NCBI GenBank assembly: GCA_002269645.1
Contig: NIVC01002661.1
Span: 62,001-126,000, forward strand
Source: Macrostomum lignano
Taxonomy: Eukaryota
Length of the DNA: 64,000 bases
Direction: 5' to 3'
The notes beneath the pieces are model-generated. The model made no database searches. It was not told the origin of the DNA and was given only the letters and a program-made list of their open reading frames with translations. Of this stretch, positions 12,377-25,073 are shown in pieces; within the stretch, counting starts at the first letter, position 1, and every line of letters starts with the position of its first letter. The translations under genes and the position numbers were made by a program.

Positions 12377-13429
12377 GTTCTTTATGCCCAAAATGGTTAT
12401 TATAGTAAGGGCGGGAAGGAATTTCCACGTCTCCTTGACAGCCGCGAGCAACCCCCGTTTCTACCCTCCTCCGCTCAAACAGGGGAAGCGAGGGTTGAAA
12501 GAAGAGAGGAAGGCCTGCAGGCTGCGGCCCACATTGCCTTTGCTCTCGCACGCCCAAATGGCGTCAATCGGGGCGAATCTTCTTAATTTACAGCTCTGCT
12601 CGTCCAAGTCTCTCTTAGCTTTCTGTGACTTTCAAGGCAAAGCAGATCGATTTATCTCTCTTGTTTACATGCAGCTAGCTAACTTTCTTTACAGCCAAGT
12701 CTGAACTCTGAAATGCTTCAGTATTTCTTGAGAATGAATCTAATTCAATGGAGAATGTTGAAATTAGCCTTTAGGGCTACAGCCCGGGCCAATAAAGGAA
12801 GAGACGGGTTTTTTGCCTCGCCAAGTATCTTGTATCTATACTACTATAGGAATTAGACGAATGAAATTGCGCCTATGTATATGTAATTAAATCATAGATT
12901 AGAGGATATAAGATGATAGAGATTATAGAGTATTCTCAGTTAGTCATGAAAACATTAAATCAAGTCCTAGACTCCTAGTACTAAGTGGTGGTGTAATAAG
13001 TAAATGAGAAATATATATTATATTCGCAGTTGTGTAGCTAAGGCAGGTAGGTCGTCATGGCTGTCATGACCCCCCTCCCAGACAGCAGACCATTCAAATT
13101 TTGAATCTATTTTAGTAAAAGTAATCTTTAGTTTAGTGTAATGAGAACTACAAAATTATAAAAATCAGCCTATTATGATTTAGCACGCCTGCTACAAACA
13201 CGCTACTAACAGTACAAAATGAAGCGTTTCGCGTAACATATGACTACTTTTTCCATATCAATCTGAGCTTAGCTTGAAGGTTGGGGGGGAGGCAAGGAGA
13301 GCCGCGGTCTATCACGATTACTTTTCACGATTTCATAATTCCCCGCGGCAAAAACATAAACAATGTAGCACCCCCTGGTACTTTTTTTCTGACACTGGCG
13401 CCCACTCTAAATGAAATGGCGCCTACAGT

Positions 13430-14150
13430 GCCGTCTTAGTCAAATGAAATGCCGTCTAGTCAAATGAAATGCCGTCTTGTCAAATGAAATGCCGTCTTAG
13501 TCAAATGAAATGCCGTCTAGTCAAATGAAATGCCGTCTAGTCAAATAAAGTGGCGTCTAGTCAAATGAAATGCCGTCTAGTCAAATAAAATGCCGTCTAG
13601 TCAAATAAAGTGGCGTCTAGTCAAATGAAGTGCCGTCTAGTCAAATGAAGTGCCGTCTAGTCAAATGAAATGCCGTCTAGTCAAATGAAATGCCGTCCTA
13701 GTCACATGAAATGCCGTCTTAGTCACATGAAATGCCGTCTAGTCAAATGAAATGCCGTCTAGTCAAATGAAATGCCGTCTAGTCAAATGAAATGCCGTCT
13801 AGTCAAATAAAGTGGCGTCTAGTCAAATGAAATGCCGTCTAGTCAAATGGAATGCCGTCTAGTCAAATGAAATGCCGTCTTAGTCAAATGAAATGCCGTC
13901 TAGTCAAATAAAGTGGCGTCTAGTCAAATGAAATGCCGTCTAGTCAAATGAAATGCCGTCTAGTCAAATAAAGTGGCGTCTAGTCAAATGAAATGCCGTC
14001 TAGTCAAATGGAATGCCGTCTAGTCAAATGGAATGCCGTCTAGTCAAATGAAATGCCGTCTAGTCAAATGAAATGCCGTCTAGTCAAATGGAATGCCGTC
14101 TAGTCAAATGAAATGCCGTCTAGTCAAATGAAATGCCGTCTTAGTCAAAT
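13430..14150. repeat. 20-bp minisatellite TAGTCAAATGAAATGCCGTC, ~35 units
   Basis: Direct reading. Confidence 0.97.
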
Positions 14151-14384
14151 GAATTTCGAAAGGCAAAATTTCGAATTTCAATAAAATAATTGTAGCGTCT
14201 GTTAATCGGCTGATGGCATACATCAGGCATTAATGTACATGTATTGGGTACAAAAGGCCTAGGATACAGGATGACAGGCCGCGCCATCAGCAGAATCCTT
14301 GGCGACAGCGTAATCAGCAAGCAGTCGACGAACAAAACGCTGCAACACTGAACGCTTGGCCTAATTGCTCGTATAGGGTGCCGG

Positions 14385-16801
14385 TGTTAGAGTTTAGGAT
14401 CTCCGCGTTTTAGGGTCTCCGGCCCGGAGATCACAAACTGAAAATTGTGTCATTTTAAGATCGCCCACACGGAGATCGGAAACCATAACATAAGATAGAG
14501 TTACAGGTCTCCGCCGTGTTAGGATCTCCGCGGTTCTTTTCTATATGAAAATTATAGCTACTTCTATGTACATCGAGATTGGCACCCCAAAGTGTGAGCA
14601 CTCTTGCGTAACTTTCAATAGGCTTTGCACATTTTGGAGATCAGCTTTGTACTCATATTTTATGGGTGGCGGGAAGCGCTGTAAACATTTATATTGGGCA
14701 GATGATAAGAAAGGTTTGTGCTGTGTGATTTTCGTCGATTTCTGCATTTCAAAGCTTGATGGCTTCGCTCAATCAAATATTTTTCTACGTCCTAAACAAT
14801 GAATATACGCAGGTACCAGCCAGATTGGACGCCAAAGATAAGGCCAACTTAAAAAGACGTATTAGAGAAAAGAGCAAGCGTTTCTCCATCCATGACGGAG
14901 CGCTTTACTACAGGGTGACTAATAAGGACGACAGTCAGCGAATGCGGCCTGAAGACCATCGCAGAGTACTTTTAACAGAGGAAGAGGTACGGGATAAGAT
15001 CCGCAGCCTTCACTCGAAAGGAAGTCACGTGGGTGTCAACAGCACAGTGAGCCTTTTTACTGCACGATACTATGCTGACATCCCCGTCACACCGATTGCC
15101 AAGGCAGTGGTCGAGTCTTGTGACAGGTGCGAGCTGGTCAACAAAAAGTTTACCTCAAAGCAGAGGGAGCTTTACCCGGTTGAAGTACCTTCTAATGCAG
15201 AGCGCCTCTTTGGATTCCTGTGCATGGATTGCATCACAATGCCGACCACCACGCCCAACGGTAGGTCTATCAAGTGACAAATTATTCATTAGCAGAAACT
15301 AAAATCAATCAATTACTCTAATGAAATATTGCTCCAATATAATCTAATTTAAGGCTCAAAGAATGTCCTAACAGTGTGCTGCAAATTTACAAAATTTGCC
15401 ATTTTCCGCGCGTTACCAAACATTCAAGCTCAGACGATCGCTGCCGAACTGAGGGACATTTTTGGGCTTTTCGGTTGGCCTAGGGTGATTCTCAGCGATC
15501 AGGGGAGAGAGTTTTGCAACTCTGTTGTAGATGCTCTTCTACAATCCGGTGGGACGGAAAGAAGAGTAACTAGTGCCTACCACCCACAGGTAAGTCTCTT
15601 TTTATCGCATATAAGCTGTTGCTGTTTTCTTGAATTCTACTCACGCACATACATTCGAATCCACAGACAAACGGTCAAACCGAGCGACTCAATCAAACTT
15701 GCATTGACCTCCTGAGGAAGCTCAGTGATTCCGAAGAGCCAACCGACTGGGACACCAAGTTGAATGATGTTCAACTCGCATGCAACAGCAGACGCCATTC
15801 GGTGACAGGCTTTTCGCCGTTCAGGTAGAAAAAGAGAAGATATTAATACCTCATATGTATCATTGAAGTTTATGCCGTAGAATATAAGCAGGCGCCATGC
15901 CATTTTGCAGAGCCGCCTTTGGCTTTGAGCCTTTGCTTGGCGAGCATGCCGCAACGCTAACTGATGTTCCTGAGCCCACTGCAATCAATAGGCGTTCTGT
16001 TGCAGTCAAAGACAAGAAGCGAGCGGCAGTGCGAAAGCTAATCTCCAGCAGGATCAAGCAGGCCCAGGAAATGATGCGAAAGCGTCACACCGTGGGAGCA
16101 GCTGGGGTTCAGGATCTGAAGCGAGGGGACAGAGTTAGGCTTCGCAATCTTCGCAGGGACGATCGGAAGGGTGGTAAGATGCGATACACTTGGAGTCAGC
16201 AAGTCTACATCGTGACCAGGTGTCTTGGTCAAAACGTGTACAGGCTAGGAGGACTAACCAGGTGTGTCAATGGGAAACACCTCAAGAGATGCTTCCTCCA
16301 AGCACCGGCTGAAAGTGCATCACCGGTTTTACCGTCACGTCCGGTAAAACGTCATTACTTTTACGTCATTACTTTAACAGTAAACAGTTTTCCATTTAAA
16401 TACACAGTTGTGCGAGCATATACATATAAAACTAATGCTACGTTAATGATAAAAATGCCTTTCCACTTCTTATACATGTACGAGTTCAATACCATGACCA
16501 TTGGTTTTACACAAATGGGGGGGAGATCGGAAACCGGAGATCCTAAACCAGGACTTTGTTTTTGCGGCCCTGACGGAGAGCTGAAACTGGTTTAGAGTCT
16601 CCTGGGGGGAGATCAGAAACTGGTTTAAGATCTCCGGGTGCGGAGACCTGAAAATGCCCCGGAGACCCTTAAACGGTTTCAGATCTCCTACCCCGGAGAC
16701 CCATAATCGTTAGAAGTCTCCAGGGGAGATCTCCACGGGACCCCGGTCTCCGTCCCGGACACCCTAAACTGACCGGACCCCGGAGATCCTAAACCATAAC
16801 A
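14385..16801 (+). mobile_element. Ginger-type DNA transposon (Gypsy-like integrase with TIRs)
   Basis: 21-bp TIRs TGTTAGAGTTTAGGATCTCCG (14385-14405) and CGGAGATCCTAAACCATAACA (16781-16801), 2 mismatches. GCCGG is duplicated at 14380-14384 and 16802-16806. No RT or LTR. Confidence 0.9.
14759..16595 (+). CDS. Ginger transposase/integrase, 4 exons: 14759-15260, 15354-15589, 15667-15824, 15911-16595
   Basis: All three GT-AG introns are phase-consistent. The joined protein has H/C zinc-finger residues (SHVG...CDRC), D (CMDC), D (ILSDQGREF), E (TNGQTERLNQT) and an RKGGK...W C-terminal motif. The final stop position is less certain. Confidence 0.85.
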
Positions 16802-16850
16802 GCCGGAATCGTCAGCAGCAGCAGAAACTCCTGCACATGCGCATATTATG

Positions 16851-19144
16851 TACTAGCTGGCAGTCTCAGATGGTGTAGCCTACTAGCTGGAGTTGCAGAT
16901 GGTGTAGCCTACTAGCTGGCAGTCTCAGATGGTGTAGCCTACTAGCTGGCAGTCTCAGATGGTGTAGCCTACTAGCTGGCAGTCTCAGATGGTGTAGCCT
17001 ACTAGCTGGCAGTCTCAGATGGTGTAGCCTACTAGCTGGAGTTGCAGATGGTGTAGCCTACTAGCTGGCAGTCTCAGATGGTGTAGCCTACTAGCTGGCA
17101 GTCTCAGATGGTGTAGCCTACTAGCTGGCAGTCACAGATGGTGTAGCCTACTAGCTGGCAGTCTCAGATGGTGTAGCCTACTAGCTGGCAGTCTCAGATG
17201 GTGTAGCCTACTAGCTGGCAGTCTCAGATGGTGTAGCCTACTAGCTGGCAGTCTCAGATGGTGTAGCCTGCTAGCTGGCAGTCTCAGATGGTGTAGCCTA
17301 CTAGCTGGCAGTCTCAGATGGTGTAGCCTACTAGCTGGCAGTCTCAGATGGTGTAGCCTACTAGCTGGCAGTCTCAGATGGTGTAGCCTACTAGCTGGCA
17401 GTCTCAGATGGTGTAGCCTACTAGCTGGCAGTCTCAGATGGTGTAGCCTACTAGCTGGCAGTCTCAGATGGTGTAGCCTACTAGCTGGAGTCTCAGATGG
17501 TGTAGCCTACTAGCTGGCAGTCTCAGATGGTGTAGCCTACTAGCTGGAGTTGCAGGTGGTGTAGCCTACTAGCTGGAGTTGCAGTTAGTGTAGCCTACTA
17601 GCTGGAGTTGCAGGTGGTGTAGCCTACCAGCTGGAGTTGCACATGGTGTAGCCTACTATAGCTAACAGTCTCAGATGGTGTAGCCTACTAGCTGGCAGTC
17701 TCAGATGGTGTAGCCTACTAGCTGGAGTCTCAGATGGTGTAGCCTACTAGCTGGCAGTCTCAGATGGTGTAGCCTACTAGCTGGCAGTCTCAGATGGTGT
17801 AGCCTACTAGCTGGCAGTCTCAGATGGTGTAGCCTACTAGCTGGCAGTCACAGATGGTGTAGCCTACTAGCTGGCAGTCTCAGATGGTGTAGCCTACTAG
17901 CTAGCAGTCTCAGATGGTGTAGCCTACTAGCTAGCAGTCTCAGATGGTGTAGCCTACTATAGCTAGCAGTCTCAGATAGTGTAGCCTACTATAGCTAACA
18001 GTCTCAGATGGTGTAGCCTACTATAGCTAGCAGTCTCAGATGGTGTAGCCTACTAGCTGGCAGTCTCAGATGGTGTAGCCTACTAGCTGGCAGTCTCAGA
18101 TGGTGTAGCCTACTAGCTAGCAGTCTCAGATGGTGTAGCCTACTAGCTGGCAGTCTCAGATGGTGTAGCCTACTAGCTGGCAGTCTCAGATGGTGTAGCC
18201 TACTAGCTGGCAGTCTCAGATGGTATAGCCTACTAGCTGGCAGTCACGGATGGTGTAGCCTACTAGCTGGCAGTCTCAGATGGTGTAGCCTACTAGCTGG
18301 CAGTCTCAGATGGTGTAGCCTACTAGCTGGCAGTCTCAGATGGTGTAGCCTACTAGCTGGCAGTCTCAGATGGTGTAGCCTACTAGCTGGCAGTCTCAGA
18401 TGGTGTAGCCTACTAGCTGGCAGTCTCAGATGGTGTAGCCTACTAGCTGGCAGTCACAGATGGTGTAGCCTACTAGCTGGCAGTCTCAGATGGTGTAGCC
18501 TACTAGCTGGCAGTCTCAGATGGTGTAGCCTACTAGCTAGCAGTCTCAGATGGTGTAGCCTACTAGCTGGCAGTCTCAGATGGTGTAGCCTACTAGCTAG
18601 CAGTCTCAGATGGTGTAGCCTACTATAGCTAGCAGTCTCAGATAGTGTAGCCTACTATAGCTAACAGTCTCAGATGGTGTAGCCTACTATAGCTAGCAGT
18701 CTCAGATGGTGTAGCCTACTAGCTGGCAGTCTCAGATGGTGTAGCCTACTAGCTGGCAGTCTCAGATGGTGTAGCCTACTAGCTAGCAGTCTCAGATGGT
18801 GTAGCCTACTAGCTGGCAGTCTCAGATGGTGTAGCCTACTAGCTGGCAGTCTCAGATGGTGTAGCCTACTAGCTGGCAGTCTCAGATGGTGTAGCCTACT
18901 AGCTGGCAGTCTCAGATGGTGTAGCCTACTAGCTGGCAGTCTCAGATGGTGTAGCCTACTAGCTAGCAGTCTCAGATGGTGTAGCCTACTATAGCTAGCA
19001 GTCTCAGATAGTGTAGCCTACTATAGCTAGCAGTCTCAGATGGTGTAGCCTACTAGCTGGCAGTCTCAGATGGTGTAGCCTACTAGCTGGCAGTCTCAGA
19101 TGGTGTAGCCTACTAGCTGACAGTCTCAGATGGTGTAGCCTACC
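16851..19144. repeat. 30-bp satellite AGCTGGCAGTCTCAGATGGTGTAGCCTACT, ~76 units
   Basis: Direct reading. Confidence 0.97.
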
Positions 19145-19792
19145 ATCAAATGAGCCATCGCATCACGCCAACTGTGCTGCAATTCGCTGTGTGGAAAAGG
19201 CTTAAAATTTTGTGCATTTATAAATAGGCGCCGATGTGGGGATTTCAGTTGATAACACCTGAGCGTACTCTATTGTACACAAGTAATTTTGCTTGGAAAT
19301 GCAGTGCTGGACTAATCGCGTACAGAGAAGTGTCTAACCTTATGGCGAGCGCTTACTCCAGTTTTGGCAGACTTTTTTGACCTTAGTTGCTGGCCTGCGC
19401 TGTACTCTTCCAGTCGTCACCCTGACATTGGAACAGCTTTGCACATTAGAAAGAAACTCACATTGAGAGGGCCATGTATAGAGACGAACAACAGACTTTC
19501 TACGGTCCGCTGTAGTACAGTGCTGCTATTAAATTTTCAACGGAATTATTCTTTTGTCAATTAGACGGTATAACAAAATCCATAATTCTCGCAAGTTTTA
19601 ACTTAACCATTCTAAACTTAAAAGCGAAATTATTTGTCATTTTTGCGCCTTAAAGTTTTCTGGCGATTATGGAGAGCCTCTTTCAGTACAAGAGTACTGC
19701 AACAATTTTCAAAAGTCAATAATTTCCTCATCTTGTCGTATTCAAGATTCCATTCACTTTTTAGTCCTGATCACTTTTGCTTACAGATCACA

Positions 19793-21873
19793 ATGCTAGC
19801 TGTATTGAATACACGTTTTTTCTGGATCCAGCTGTATACTGCTCTGGTCTGTTTCTTCCATCAGCTCATGGTGGCAGCAGCGGGTACGTATAATTCGTAA
19901 TTGAAATTTTCATGCTTTTTGAGATGCATCCATGACAAAAATATTAGTTTAGACCACACTATGGTATTGCTTGTGATCCACTGTTGATTTGTTACAGTTG
20001 GATAAAAGTCGAGGGCGTAGTCAGGTAGAATTTTCATTGGTAAGCTCGTCTTTGGTGGCGCCGATTGAGTTTAAGGGGCCCCTGCCCGCCCTTAATTGGT
20101 TACGCTCCGACTAGCGAAGCAGTCCCTCCGAAAGACTATCGATAGAGTTCCTTGGGTCTTCTAGAATGTGACGACTCAAACCAAATTGAGACCTACAAAT
20201 CCATTTGAAAGTACCCGGTAGCTCAAAACTAGATAATTTGCATGACTTTGAATTAAAATTTATCTCTCCTTCCAATGCAGCTGTTGCTTCGGACTGCTGG
20301 GATCGGTACAACTACATCAGGCAATGCAGCTCCCATCCCTGCGAGCCAAATCACTACTTTGGCATCAGTTGCCTCTGTGAGCCCTGTCCGTCGAATCTGA
20401 GTGGTCGGGACTGCCTCGTTCAGCTGGGCATCTGTCCGCAAAACCAAATGCCGAATAACCGACTGGAGTCGGGTGGCAATCGTGCCAGGTCGGGAGACAC
20501 CATTTCTGCCAACGAGCAGGCCGCACCAGGTAAGGATAGAACGCATATTACATGTCTATACTAATTGATCTTTCCTAACACAGTGCAGCAAGCTTTGAAT
20601 CTGGTACATGTAAATTGTATTAATTTTCAAGTTGTCTAGCTTTTAGTCTAGGTAGCCTTTACTAGCAATTAACATATAAATGAAATAGGGCTTTTTGCTA
20701 GCCACAGGGTTGGGTAGGTTGGTAGGTAGAGTCCTTTTATTGATGCAGATGGTGAGGATAGATAGATAAATAGATTGATTGATTGACAGACAGATAGAAA
20801 GACAGATATAGACAGATAGATGGACAATTGTGGCAGATACATGTAGACAGATAGACAATTAGACAGGTAGACAGATGGACAGATGCAGGGATAAACAGAC
20901 AGATAGATAAGACAGTATTAGATAAACAGAAAGACAGACAGTAGATAGAAAGTCGTAGATAGACCCAGATAAACGATCAGTAGAATTAGTCTATGCAAAC
21001 TTTCTACTTTCTATCATTGAGTAGTCAAAGTGCAGGATTTATACTTCGAATACCTGCATATAAATTGTACTGAAACCAATTAGCATTCACACCTTAAAAG
21101 GGCCTTTTCGTTAGCTAGAATTACTTGGTGCAGTGAGCATGCTTTTACTATTATGCTGTGCTTTATCGTATAGATACTATAGACTATAGGCTGTACTGAG
21201 TAAGTAGTATAAGAAGTCATGCGTTTCAATTTCTTTCACTGTTTCAGATAACAGAAATCTATTCTACTTTTTTGATTTTATTCGCTTTTCTCCCTTAGGT
21301 CTTTCTGGTGGAAAAATTGCGGCTATTTCCTGCCCTGTTGTTGCGCTAGCAATCATCGCTGCTATCGGATTTCTTGTGTTTTACAGACGATGGAAGACAG
21401 CTAGGAATGGTAGTGACCATGGTAGCCGGATAGAAGATTCAGAAGAGAGCCATCCTCTGAATGACCTGCAGGAGCACAACAACCAGCCACAGGAGCACAG
21501 CAACCAGCCGCATGATCACAACAACCAGCCGCATGATCACAACAACCAGCCGCAGGATCACAACAACCAGCCACCGGATCACAGCAACCAGCCGCAGGAT
21601 CACAGCAACCAGCCACCGGATCACAGCAACCAGCCGCAGGATCACAGCAACCAGCCGCATGATCACAGCAACCAGCCACCGGATCACAGCAACCAGCCAC
21701 CGGATCACAACAACCAGCCACAGGATCACAGCAACCAGCCACCGGATCACAGCAACCAGCCACAGGATCACAGCAACCAGCCGCCCATGGATCCGATCGC
21801 TCGCAATCCTCAGCCGTTCTCCACTTCAGTCCATGATGCCAACGCGCTCGAGCTAGATCGCAATGTTGCTTGA
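19793..21873 (+). CDS. Orphan type I membrane protein, ~304 aa (signal peptide, EGF-like domain, TM helix, repetitive tail); exons 19793-19883, 20281-20529, 21299-21873
   Basis: Two phase-1 GT-AG junctions give 915 nt in frame. Hydrophobic N-terminus, CSSHPC...SCLCEPC...GRDC, then IAAISCPVVALAIIAAIGFLVFY followed by RRWK. Confidence 0.7.
21470..21786 (+). repeat. Coding 21-bp repeat (H-S/N-N-Q-P-Q/P/H-D), ~15 units
   Basis: CACAGCAACCAGCCGCAGGAT units in frame in the last exon. Confidence 0.9.
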
Positions 21874-23470
21874 CCTTTACATGCGCGTCTTTTAGTTTGT
21901 TAGCAGCTTTTTTTGCTGGACAAACTAAGGCGCAGCGTCTTGTTTATCGTCTTTACACCATGTCTCTCGTCTTTTTAGTTAGCTATGCGGGTTAATACGT
22001 CGTAATAACAATAGCAACTTGCTGGAGGCCTGTGGCCACCCTGACACAACGTCTTCGGCGAACTCGACCCACAACCAAGCTCTGAATAATTTTGACCATT
22101 CCACTGACTCCTGAACACACACAAGCGCGCCAAAACTGTACTCAGGCACGGACTCACGCACACGCTCACACAGGGTGTACATCAGCCCTGACTTTCCAAT
22201 CGTCAGGCATGTACACTCTCTGTGTGCCTTGGAGGTTGGGCATTATCAGTGTGAATCGCACGACAACCTCCCGTCCAGTTTCCGTGCACACGAACCCCCA
22301 ATTGAATTTGGCCACGCAACTGATTCGAATCAAGGGTTTTCCCCTAGCTACGATGATCAATAATGTGTTCGAATCAAATTTCAATGCTTTTTTTTCTATC
22401 ACAGCTGCCTGTTTTTATCCAGAGTCATGAGAGACATTCCAAGACTTGTTTAAAGTTTAATGTCTACTTTATCGTTTTCTAATAATATTTCTTTTGTTGT
22501 TATTCAACTATTTTAGTCATCTTAAGGATGAACCACGGCCTGTAACCCCTCGCTGCCTTCCCAAATGCCTTCATGATAGTGTGCCTGGAGTTGTACTTTC
22601 CAACAAGCAAACTTAATTAGCTAGCAATAATTATGTAGAAACTATTCAACATAACAATCGAGTCTCGATCAACGCTAATCAATTTTTTCATTTGTTTGCA
22701 ATGAATCAAAATGCAACCATTTTTAACATCCTATATTACTGCTATTGAAATCTTGTCATTTTATATTATAACAAATGTAACGAAAGACGCTACCAAAAGA
22801 TGAATCAGCGATTTCTTCAGAGAACACTACATAAGCGCATTGTAGCGATAAGACAAATTACGTGATCCGACCCCCAGCCTTTTCTGAGAAAGTCAAGTGT
22901 TGCGTCTTTCTCAATTCAGTTGCCGTGTAATGTACTTAAACAAAAATTGGTTCATCTGCTTTCCGTTTTTCTATCGCGATTTTTAACCCACAGTGTCTAA
23001 AATTGGCTTCATGTTTTGTGCATTATTGGATCCACGTTCCTCGAATACTCAAGTAAACGTACCTCCCAGAAAAACCTCAGGGTATGCTTTCAGCTAGACT
23101 AAATGCAAGTATTATCCGCGTTGCCAGTTTAGCTAATTAAAGCTGCTTGAAGGAGCTATTTTTTCCGGACGAGGTTGTACTGACAAAGTTCAATTCGGCT
23201 GTATTTTCATACTTTTAATTGTGCTTGTCATTTTTTCTCGCATAAAATCTACAATGCGAGTTCATATCTGGTTTTATTTTGTTATGACAATACAAATTAT
23301 CCTGAGAGGTTAACCCTCACTACAGAGCTTGTGTCTATTATACCATGAGTTGCAGAAATATATTTTTTGTACAAAATACTAATTCTTTTAATATATTACA
23401 ATTGGAATGGTCACTCAGTCTGCTCACTTAGTCCCTAGTTACCTGCTCACTCTTAGTCCCTAGTTACCTG

Positions 23471-24561
23471 TGAAGAGTTTGCTTTAGCACACAAGAGAGA
23501 GAGAGAGAGTGAGAGCGTCACAATGTAATTCGTGGACGTCGCAGTATTCCTCGAGTGCAGAAATGAATATATACCTCGAGTGCAGAAATCAATATATTCT
23601 TCGAGTGCAGAAATCAATATATTCCTCGAGTGCAGAAATCAATATATTCCTCGAGTGCAGAAATCAATATATTCCTCGAGTGCAGAAATCAATATATTCC
23701 TCGAGTGCAGAAATCAATATATTCCTCGAGTGCAGAAATCAATATATTCCTCGAGTGCAGAAATCAATATCTTCCTCGAGTGCAGAAATCAATATATTCC
23801 TCGAGTGCAGAAATCAATATCTTCCTCGAGTGCAGAAATCAATATGAGCGATGCGCCCTAATAACAAAGTTAATTCTTTATAACAATAGCGAGGTCCTCC
23901 AGAAAGGGCGTCTTCTTCTAGAAATAACGGAATCGGAGTCGTGTGCTCCTATCGGTTACTCTAGGATAATCCAAATCAATCAATCGATAATCCTTTAAGG
24001 GTATCGGAATCGGGTCCGCAGATCCTATCCAATCCCTTAGGAAAATGGGAGGCCTCAAATTCAATAAACTCAGTTAAATCAACTGATCAGTAACGGCCGG
24101 CAATAAATCGCTCTCAATCAATCAATAACAAAAGCTCGAACACGGCTTACCAATTGGTATTCGTTTTCCTCAGAGATGTAGCCTCGATTAGGTTCTGCAG
24201 TAATCTCAAAATGTTTTGAGGCTGCTCCGAGTCTGAGATTTTTAGCTCTGATTTTGGATTGTATTTATAGGAAAATCTTGTGAGAAACAGGTTATTTTGG
24301 GTAGGTGACAGTTTCGCGTTTTGGAAATTTGACCCTTTGAAAATTGAATATAATACGGTACGGTATGGTAATGGATTTCAAGCATCCATTACCATATTCG
24401 GAGTTCTATATTTAAATGTTGCAAAAGATTATCATTCGTTGTTTTCGTGGTCTTAAAATAGAGTGTGACCACTTGGAATTTTTAGATTTTGAGTTTTTCG
24501 CATTTTTGAGTTACTATACTTATAGTAGTTTACCTTGCACTGTATTTTGGAGATCTCTACA
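23471..24561 (-). mobile_element. Probable solo LTR (1091 bp)
   Basis: Termini TGAAGAG...CTCTACA (6/7 inverted match), CCTG duplicated at 23467-23470 and 24562-24565, TATAAATA on the minus strand near 24260-24267; interrupts a short ACCTGCTCACTC..AGTCCCT repeat. Confidence 0.6.
23546..23845. repeat. 25-bp tandem repeat TCGAGTGCAGAAATCAATATATTCC, ~12 units
   Basis: Direct reading; lies inside the putative solo LTR. Confidence 0.95.
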
Positions 24562-25073
24562 CCTGCTCACTCTCAGTCCCTACCTGCTCACGCTCAGTCC
24601 CTCGTACCCCTTCCTCCTTCAAACTCGCTTGTTAACCGAAAGATAAAAAATCCATATCAATTTGAAATTTCCCTCGAGAATGTCCCAATTTAGCCGAAGA
24701 CTTTGTTTGCGTAGCCGATCGTGACTTTCTATTAGCCCTTAATAGTACAAACCCAGGGGCCGGTGGGTCAGAGAGGGGAACGGAACCAAATATTGTTTTT
24801 CATGGCAATTGTCAAAAACAGGATTTGCGCCGGATCAGGGATTCGCTACTGTCAAGTAGAAACTCCTGAGCTCGCATATAAACTGGAGGCAAATTGCCAA
24901 CCCTGTTGACAGATTAGAGTTATTTCCCAGCCCCAGGTTGAAGATACAGAATTCTTAAAAATATGGAAGCCAACAATGATGCGACTTGGGAGCACATCGA
25001 ATCGGACGTGTTGAGTCAGCAATCTCCCACAAGGTACTGGCGCGCCTTTATTTTGCACTTTTATTTTTGTTCA

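Noticed and set aside
16851-19144. CRISPR-like appearance of this and other regular arrays (23546, 39776, 58643)
   Set aside because: Units are head-to-tail with no unique spacers, no cas genes, and the context is eukaryotic.
19998-20024. Candidate micro-exon of the EGF-TM gene
   Set aside because: Gives an immediate stop in the required phase.
21979-22430. Short ORFs considered as a PIF1/Helitron remnant or extra exon of the EGF-TM gene
   Set aside because: No helicase motifs found and no phase-compatible splice path identified.
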